Assembly: GCA_039815185.1 (NCBI GenBank)
Contig: JBCBZT010000007.1
Location: 64,001 to 128,000 of the forward strand
Source of the DNA: Cyanobacteria bacterium P01_A01_bin.123
GTDB taxonomy: Bacteria; Cyanobacteriota; Cyanobacteriia; Phormidesmidales; Phormidesmidaceae
Direction: 5' to 3'
Length of the DNA stretch: 64,000 bases
Shown: one piece after another, positions 58,185 to 64,000 of the stretch
Position numbering within the stretch: position 1 is the first letter of the stretch
Layout of the letters: every line of letters begins with the position of its first letter
Made by a program: the position numbers and the translations under genes
The notes under the pieces: generated by a model
The model's input: only the letters and a program-made list of their open reading frames with translations
Database searches by the model: none
What the model was told of the DNA's origin: nothing

Positions 58185-60944
58185 CTATGATTCTGTGAGG
58201 ATAAGGCGGTGACGGTGGGTCTGAATCAGCTGAATGGGGCGTTGAGCGATTTGTTCCATCATGATGGCAAACTGCTCTGGCCGCAGCAGCGTTCCGTCAT
58301 TGCGACAACTGCCTACATATCGGAAGGTGGCTTGATGGGCACCAGACGCCGGATTGGTCGGCAGAGTCGCTGGGGGTGAGGCAGGATTAAGCTCAAGCTC
58401 AAACAAGCGATCGCGGAGGTTGACCTGTCGCTGTTTCCCAGACTTTGAAGTTTGGGTCATCCAGAGTTCCTGACAGTCCCAAAGTTGATGGTGCCAAGTG
58501 GCCCAGTCCTGGTTAGTAACGTTGTCATCAATAGCGTATTCACTAGTCGGTGTTAGGGCAGTTTCGGAACTTGTCGTTGTTTCACCCCCACCCTCTTCTA
58601 AGTCAATACAATCTGGAGCAGACCCGTCTTGTCTCGGTATGAGTTGCAGCGTTACATAATATTCAGCTTGATCAAGTGATTTGGTTGCCGAGGGGTCACT
58701 CAGGGGCACCTCTATGACTTGGTAGATCGGCATATCTAGAGGCAACTGCGCCTGAAGCTGCTGCTGAAACTGTTCAGGGCCAATCCATTGGGTCAATTCA
58801 AAATCGACAATTTCACCAGTACTGGTTGCCCCTAAAGCCAGGGCATTCGCCGGAGAAATCCGTGGCCCTGGATGATAGCCCCCGGTAAAGGCAATGGGCA
58901 ATCCGGCACGACGCACGGCACGATCAAACAAGCGAACCAGATCTAAGTGGCTGACTAGGGCCATTTCTCCCAGCTTGCCCAAGGTGACACGTAGGCGCTG
59001 AACCCGCTCGGTATTGGGTTTAAAGTGGCCTTCAAACTGGGGAATGGGTAGCGGTGGCACCACCACATTGTGACCAAAATCAGTGCCGCAAACGCCACAG
59101 TGAGAGCATCCTTCAAAGGAACAATCGGGTACTGTCGCAGCAGCGAGTGCCCGTTCTAGGTCGGCTTGCAGCCATCCTTTATCGATCCCGGTGTCGAGAT
59201 GATCCCAAGGTAAAGGGGCGGCTAGATCTAAACTGCGATCGCGAGTCGTTTCCATCACATTCCATTCGCCGCTTTCCACCTGGCGGTACTTCCAGGTCAG
59301 TCCAGCGTCTTCAATGGCTTGGGTCCAAGCTGCAAAAGCTCGATCTAGACTTTCCCACCAGGCATCCATCCCGGCCCCCAGTTCCCAAGCGCGGCGAACA
59401 ACTGCTGATAAGCGCCGATCCCCCCGTCCGACAAAATCTTCCATAGCGGAGATCCGCACGTCAGTAAAATTGACCTTGATGCCGCGCAGGGTGCGAAATT
59501 CTTCCCGCAGTAGCGTCTGCTTGCGTTCAAATTCGGTGGTTGATACTGAATGCCACTGGAACGGGGTATGGGGTTTGGGCGTGAAGTTGGAGATCGTAAT
59601 ATTAAAGCCTAGGGGACGGCGACCGTTCAGGCGACAGGCTTGCCGTAGCCAGCGCACTGTTTCAACGATGCCGATCACATCTGCATCCGTTTCTCCCGGT
59701 AGACCGATCATGAAATAAAGCTTGACCTTGTCCCAACCCTGTTCGTGGGCTGTTTTCACCCCACGCAGTAGTTCTTCATTAGTCAACCCTTTATTAATGA
59801 TGTCCCGCATCCGCTGGGTGCCGGCTTCTGGGGCGAAGGTTAACCCTGTCTGTCGTGTACCCCCGATGATGTGGGCAATGTTTTCATCGAAGCGATCGAC
59901 CCGTTGACTCGGTAGGGAAAGGGAAATATTCTCGTCTTTCAAGCGATTTTTGACTTCAACGCCCACTGCTGGTAAAGCTAAATAATCAGAACAGCTTAAC
60001 GACAGCAGGGAAAATTCGTTGTAGCCTGTCGCTCTCATGCCCCGTTCAATGGTGTCTACGACCTCATCAGGGTCAACATCTCGGGCGGGGCGGGTGAGCA
60101 TGCCGGGTTGGCAAAAGCGGCAGCCCCGGGTGCAGCCCCGGCGAATTTCAATGGTGAGTCGATCGTGTACGGTTTGTATATAAGGCACAAGGCCAATCGC
60201 GTAATCCGGCATCGGCGTCGCGACCCGACGCAAGATTCTCTGGGGCACATCCGGTCGATTAGGATGGACTGAACCATCCTCAGCCATGTCGTAAAACTGA
60301 GGGACGTAAACCCCAGGAATTTGCGCTAAATCTAGCAATACCTCAGTCCGGTTCAGCCCTTGGGCTTTGCCTTCTTGGAGGACAAGGCCAATTTCTGGCA
60401 GCAATTCTTCTCCATCGCCCAGGGCAATGAAATCAAAAAAGTCAGCGTAGGGTTCTGGATTTGAGGTGGCCGTTTGACCCCCGGCAAAGATTAAGGGCCA
60501 ACTGTCTTGCTCGACATGCCAGGGCTGCTCGGGCTGTAAGCGATCTTTCCAGGTTAGGGGAATCCCAGCCAGATCGAGCATTTCTAAGATATTGGTTGCC
60601 CCCAATTCATAGCTGAGGCTAAAGCCCAAAATATCGAAGTCTGTTACGGCACGACGAGATTCTACGGCAAACAGAGATGTTTTACTCTGGCGTAGCTTTT
60701 GGGCCAGATCCAGGGCGGGTAAATAGGCGCGATCGCAGAGTTGATGAGGCTGAGCATTCAAAATGCTGTAGAGGATGATATGCCCTAAATTCGAAGCCCC
60801 GACTTCATAAATCTCTGGGTAAGTCAGTACCCAGCGCACCTCGGCCTCATGCCAGGGTTTATGAATAGCACCCAACTCATTGCCCAAATATCGAGCAGGT
60901 TTGGCAATATCAGGGGTGAGAAAATTTTCAACTGCGATCGCCAC
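58185..60944 (-). CDS. TIGR03960 B12-binding radical SAM protein fused to a TIGR03936 radical SAM-linked domain
   Basis: KPARYLGNE, YPEIYEVGASNLG, RGCTRGCRFC, FTPKPHTPFQW; C-terminal SHLDLVRLFDRAVRRAGLP...GYHPGP. Confidence 0.9.
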   Translation of the reverse strand: MAIAVENFLTPDIAKPARYLGNELGAIHKPWHEAEVRWVLTYPEIYEVGASNLGHIILYSILNAQPHQLCDRAYLPALDLAQKLRQSKTSLFAVESRRAVTDFDILGFSLSYELGATNILEMLDLAGIPLTWKDRLQPEQPWHVEQDSWPLIFAGGQTATSNPEPYADFFDFIALGDGEELLPEIGLVLQEGKAQGLNRTEVLLDLAQIPGVYVPQFYDMAEDGSVHPNRPDVPQRILRRVATPMPDYAIGLVPYIQTVHDRLTIEIRRGCTRGCRFCQPGMLTRPARDVDPDEVVDTIERGMRATGYNEFSLLSLSCSDYLALPAVGVEVKNRLKDENISLSLPSQRVDRFDENIAHIIGGTRQTGLTFAPEAGTQRMRDIINKGLTNEELLRGVKTAHEQGWDKVKLYFMIGLPGETDADVIGIVETVRWLRQACRLNGRRPLGFNITISNFTPKPHTPFQWHSVSTTEFERKQTLLREEFRTLRGIKVNFTDVRISAMEDFVGRGDRRLSAVVRRAWELGAGMDAWWESLDRAFAAWTQAIEDAGLTWKYRQVESGEWNVMETTRDRSLDLAAPLPWDHLDTGIDKGWLQADLERALAAATVPDCSFEGCSHCGVCGTDFGHNVVVPPLPIPQFEGHFKPNTERVQRLRVTLGKLGEMALVSHLDLVRLFDRAVRRAGLPIAFTGGYHPGPRISPANALALGATSTGEIVDFELTQWIGPEQFQQQLQAQLPLDMPIYQVIEVPLSDPSATKSLDQAEYYVTLQLIPRQDGSAPDCIDLEEGGGETTTSSETALTPTSEYAIDDNVTNQDWATWHHQLWDCQELWMTQTSKSGKQRQVNLRDRLFELELNPASPPATLPTNPASGAHQATFRYVGSCRNDGTLLRPEQFAIMMEQIAQRPIQLIQTHRHRLILTES

Positions 60945-61181
60945 GGTTATCTGTCAACACTAGACTAGTTTACCCTCACAACTATAGCGCCATCCCCAAG
61001 TCCCCTATTCAGTTCCCTTAGAGATGGCGCAGGAGTTTATCGCTTAAGTTCGGCTGCGAGCCAGATTGCCTGTGGATTAAGCACTCCAGTGATACTCAGT
61101 GCATTAAGCAATCTCGCTAGCGCTACCAATGCAAAAGTCGTCGGACCTAAGAGATCCGGCGACTCAGAAAATTCGATGAAC

Positions 61182-61226
61182 CTACGTAGTCGTAATCTAC
61201 ATAGTCATAATCTACGCAGCTATGGT
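61182..61226. repeat. Three degenerate 15-bp tandem repeats
   Basis: CTACGTAGTCGTAAT / CTACATAGTCATAAT / CTACGCAGCTATGGT. Confidence 0.7.
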
Positions 61227-61315
61227 TTATCTAGAAAACCCTGAAATGCCTGCACCGCAACCAATCTTGGGCTACCTGATGCCCACACTTGTGGGGCAAG
61301 CAGCAAACTGCCAAC

Positions 61316-61648
61316 TTATGCAGCCTGAGGGACAGCTTGACCAGACATGTCCACAATCTCAAATGCGCGATCGAGTTGAGTAAGTTCCAACACAATCCGA
61401 ATAGAAGGTGGTATGCACCGTAAGCTAAACCCTTTGCTGGATGCTTGAGCAGCCTTGAGTGCAGTTACCATGGAAGCCAGCGTGGCGCTATCGACCAGCT
61501 CAACTTGTTCCAGATCTACCACCAAGCCTTCAACTTGTTCAGACTTAAGTGCAGAGACCATTTGGGTCTGGAAATCCTTGGCATTTGATGCATTCAAAAC
61601 GCCAGAGGGTTTGATCACAACTACGGTAGAACAATAACCCTTACTCAC
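61316..61648 (-). CDS. STAS-domain anti-sigma factor antagonist
   Basis: PSGVLNASNA, VVDLEQVELVDSATL, LELTQLDRAFEI; AAGGAG upstream. Confidence 0.88.
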   Translation of the reverse strand: MSKGYCSTVVVIKPSGVLNASNAKDFQTQMVSALKSEQVEGLVVDLEQVELVDSATLASMVTALKAAQASSKGFSLRCIPPSIRIVLELTQLDRAFEIVDMSGQAVPQAA

Positions 61649-61855
61649 TTTTCACACTCCTTAGTTACAAAAGCGACGATTAGTCCCAATGGTTAATCCA
61701 CTCGACGGTGCCCCGTTGATGAACCCAAATTAAACTTGAGCGCTTGGGATGCCCATCAAAATCACCCTGCTTTGCAGAATCTTAATCAAGCTTCTCCGTA
61801 CATAAAGTTTCAGGTAAGTGTTTCTACTTAAAAGTGTTTGTTTATACAAACTAGG

Positions 61856-61871
61856 CGTGACTTGAATCACA
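61856..61871. promoter_or_regulatory. Putative CRP box
   Basis: CGTGA-CTTGAA-TCACA, a 9/10 match to TGTGA-N6-TCACA, in a divergent intergenic region. Confidence 0.5.
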
Positions 61872-61990
61872 CTCGACAAGCGGCTGAGATCACAGTCTAC
61901 CTAAGAAGTAGATCACTGGAAATCCAATCATTTTTATGGATTATAGTGTTACCCGAAACATACCCTTAGAAAAGCCGAGGAGATCTCGCA

Positions 61991-62185
61991 ATGCCCTCAC
62001 ACTTCTCGATTCGTACCCTCGTTGAGAAGGCGATTCATATTCGCCAACTGACACCCGACATCGAAAACGAGATCAACTATGTGCTGACCTATTTGGGATA
62101 TGTTTCTGATGCCGATTACGAGGCTTTAGAGCTGCTTATGTCTGAGATGGACGCGGGCCGCATCAGACTTGTTCCAAGCCATTAA
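61991..62185 (+). CDS. Small hypothetical protein (64 aa)
   Basis: IRTLVEKA...LTPDIENEI...DYEALELLM...GRI; GAGGAG upstream. Confidence 0.72.
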   Translation: MPSHFSIRTLVEKAIHIRQLTPDIENEINYVLTYLGYVSDADYEALELLMSEMDAGRIRLVPSH

Positions 62186-62615
62186 GCATTAGATTTACGA
62201 TTCTTGAGGCGATAATTCGAGTCAGGCTAATGCCAATATCTTGAGAGCTAGGGCTGAACGGGGAGTTAGAGGGTATGTTGATCTCCCTTGTTTGAGGTTT
62301 GTGTTATTAAGTGAGAAATCTGTTAATGCATAACAGATTTTTGTCGATTTGGATTTCACAGTTATCGGTGTTGCTGTGTTGGCTCATAGCTACTAACTGA
62401 GCTGAACTCCAGCAGGAATATAGGATATTGCAGCACTGCATAAGCTGGAGATTCCTGTGTGTTCATGGCAGGTTTACAGCGCGATGCTTTAGCCTACGTG
62501 AACAAATGCCTACGTGTTTTCACGGATGCTGGTGTTAACCAAGTGTTTGACATCAGCTGCCATTAACCGAGCAAATTTAGCAGCAGGATAGCAAGACTGT
62601 CGGTGGCTGGATTGC

Positions 62616-63002
62616 CTATGATGCTGATGGATGGCTAAAGTGTTCTGGATAAGCTGCCCATAGCTGATGTACAAATCGCTGCATGTGTTGAATGCCAGCG
62701 CTTTGGCTAATACTGGCGTCTTTTCTTTGCAAGTTTGACAGGAGTTGAAAGACCTCGATGTCTAGTGCGGGTTGAAACAGGCAAAGGGGCCAGATAATAT
62801 CTGGACTGTCTTTGAGATTGTAAAGTTCTTCTAAAGCTAATGTTGAAATATCGGCCCAATTCCCTGTCAGCGCTTCGCTTGACACAACCAACATCAGCGG
62901 TCTAGCCCAGCACAATTGTCTGGTGTGCACGATATCGATCACTTCTGCGTAGAGCCGGGTGGTGCCATGTTCTAAGTAGACGATTTGGTGGGGCGTAATC
63001 AT
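62616..63002 (-). CDS. Hypothetical protein
   Basis: QIVYLEH...LYAEVI...LCWARPL...DIIWP..LFQPALD; start at ATG 63002. Confidence 0.75.
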   Translation of the reverse strand: MITPHQIVYLEHGTTRLYAEVIDIVHTRQLCWARPLMLVVSSEALTGNWADISTLALEELYNLKDSPDIIWPLCLFQPALDIEVFQLLSNLQRKDASISQSAGIQHMQRFVHQLWAAYPEHFSHPSAS

Positions 63003-63657
63003 TGGCTTAGGGGAGGAGGAAATGGGGCTTACGCAGAGCAATTAAATGGACAGTTCTTCCAAACAACGCGCTGGGGAAGCTGCTGTAAGAGACAACTTTG
63101 TCTTTTGGGGAGGGATACGATTCAATTGTAAAGTGCTGATGAACGTCCTAGAATTCTTATGGATCTTTCCGGCCAGTACAGGTGTTTGAACCAGGGAACG
63201 GACTAATGCCGAGCCAATGGCTAATGTTTGGTCGAGGATACTGGCCTTCTAGTGTGTAGCTGACGTGCGAACACTGCCAGGTTCCTGATTGAATAACCCT
63301 ACAATGCGGGTTGCCAACTGGGATTATCTTCTATTAGCCTTTGAAAAGGTGATTTAGCATGCAGCGTCTGATTGAGGTTGAGAAGCTCGGTAGATAAGGT
63401 ATTCAGGTTCAGGAGCCAAGAGAGAAATCAGGGGTCAGGAGAGCTATAGACTAAATTCTGGAGTCTGAGTTCTTGCTCAGTAGTTCCTCGGTTATGGATT
63501 CTGAAACTTAGCTTCTCGAAAATGAGTGCGAATTATTCCCTTTTGAATTCTGGATTCTCAACGCTGGATTCCCTTCCGGGGGTAATTTCTAACTTACATT
63601 AGATAGGCGTCTTTAATTATTTGTTGGTGTTCAGGTCATGTAGGGAAGGACTATATC

Positions 63658-63939
63658 GTGTCGGTTGAAACCATTGAAAAGCGTTCAACAACGCGTAAGC
63701 TTGCACCGCGTTATCGGGTGTTGTTACACAATGATGAGTACAACACGATGGAGCACGTGGTGGAGTCGTTAGTACAAACTGTTCCGAGTTTGACTACTCC
63801 CCAAGCGGTAGACATTATGATGCAAGCTCACACCGCGGGGACTGCCTTGGTCATTACCTGTGCTTTAGAGCATGCCGAGTTTTATTGTGAATCGCTGAAA
63901 AGTAAAGGGTTAACGAGTACGATTGAACCTGACGATTAG
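63658..63939 (+). CDS. clpS: ATP-dependent Clp protease adaptor ClpS
   Basis: YRVLLHNDEYNTMEHVV, IMMQAH..G, EHAEFYCESL..KGLTSTIEP. Confidence 0.92.
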   Translation: MSVETIEKRSTTRKLAPRYRVLLHNDEYNTMEHVVESLVQTVPSLTTPQAVDIMMQAHTAGTALVITCALEHAEFYCESLKSKGLTSTIEPDD

Positions 63940-64000
63940 GGCTAAAATGCGCTACTGAATTGCAACTTGGTGTTGGCAGCAGGAGTCCTCAGCGCTATGG

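Overview
Cyanobacterial chromosomal DNA, judged from frequent HIP1 GCGATCGC octamers and genes such as raf1, sipA, ntcA, pex and devH. The genus cannot be assigned from sequence alone. Bases 1-10420 look like the right end of a decayed genomic island abutting the 3' end of tRNA-Ala(GGC). This stretch holds a co-oriented, tightly packed cluster: two TPR-CHAT proteases, a Tat-signal caspase-family protease, a membrane-anchored TPR protein, a secreted beta-rich/TPR protein, and a third TPR gene apparently fused by deletion to a tyrosine-integrase remnant. Four of these proteins share an R-G-G linker motif (DLRGG twice), suggesting an extracytoplasmic Arg-specific protease cascade; this is the best candidate for an undescribed system. 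The rest is mostly core genome (raf1, sipA, typA, mntCAB, tRNA-fMet, rsfS, pyrR, cbiB, cyAbrB, hik2, pex, ntcA, fabI, devH, arsS, recR, lipA, Crp, cobT, radical SAM, clpS). Other notable items are a Yfr2-type sRNA, an apparent ATC start on recR, a CPBP protease gene interrupted by an in-frame TAG, ManR/NtcA/CRP-like boxes, and a 2289-aa coiled-coil/acidic-repeat/Hsp70-fold protein. All calls come from motif recognition by eye; no searches were run.
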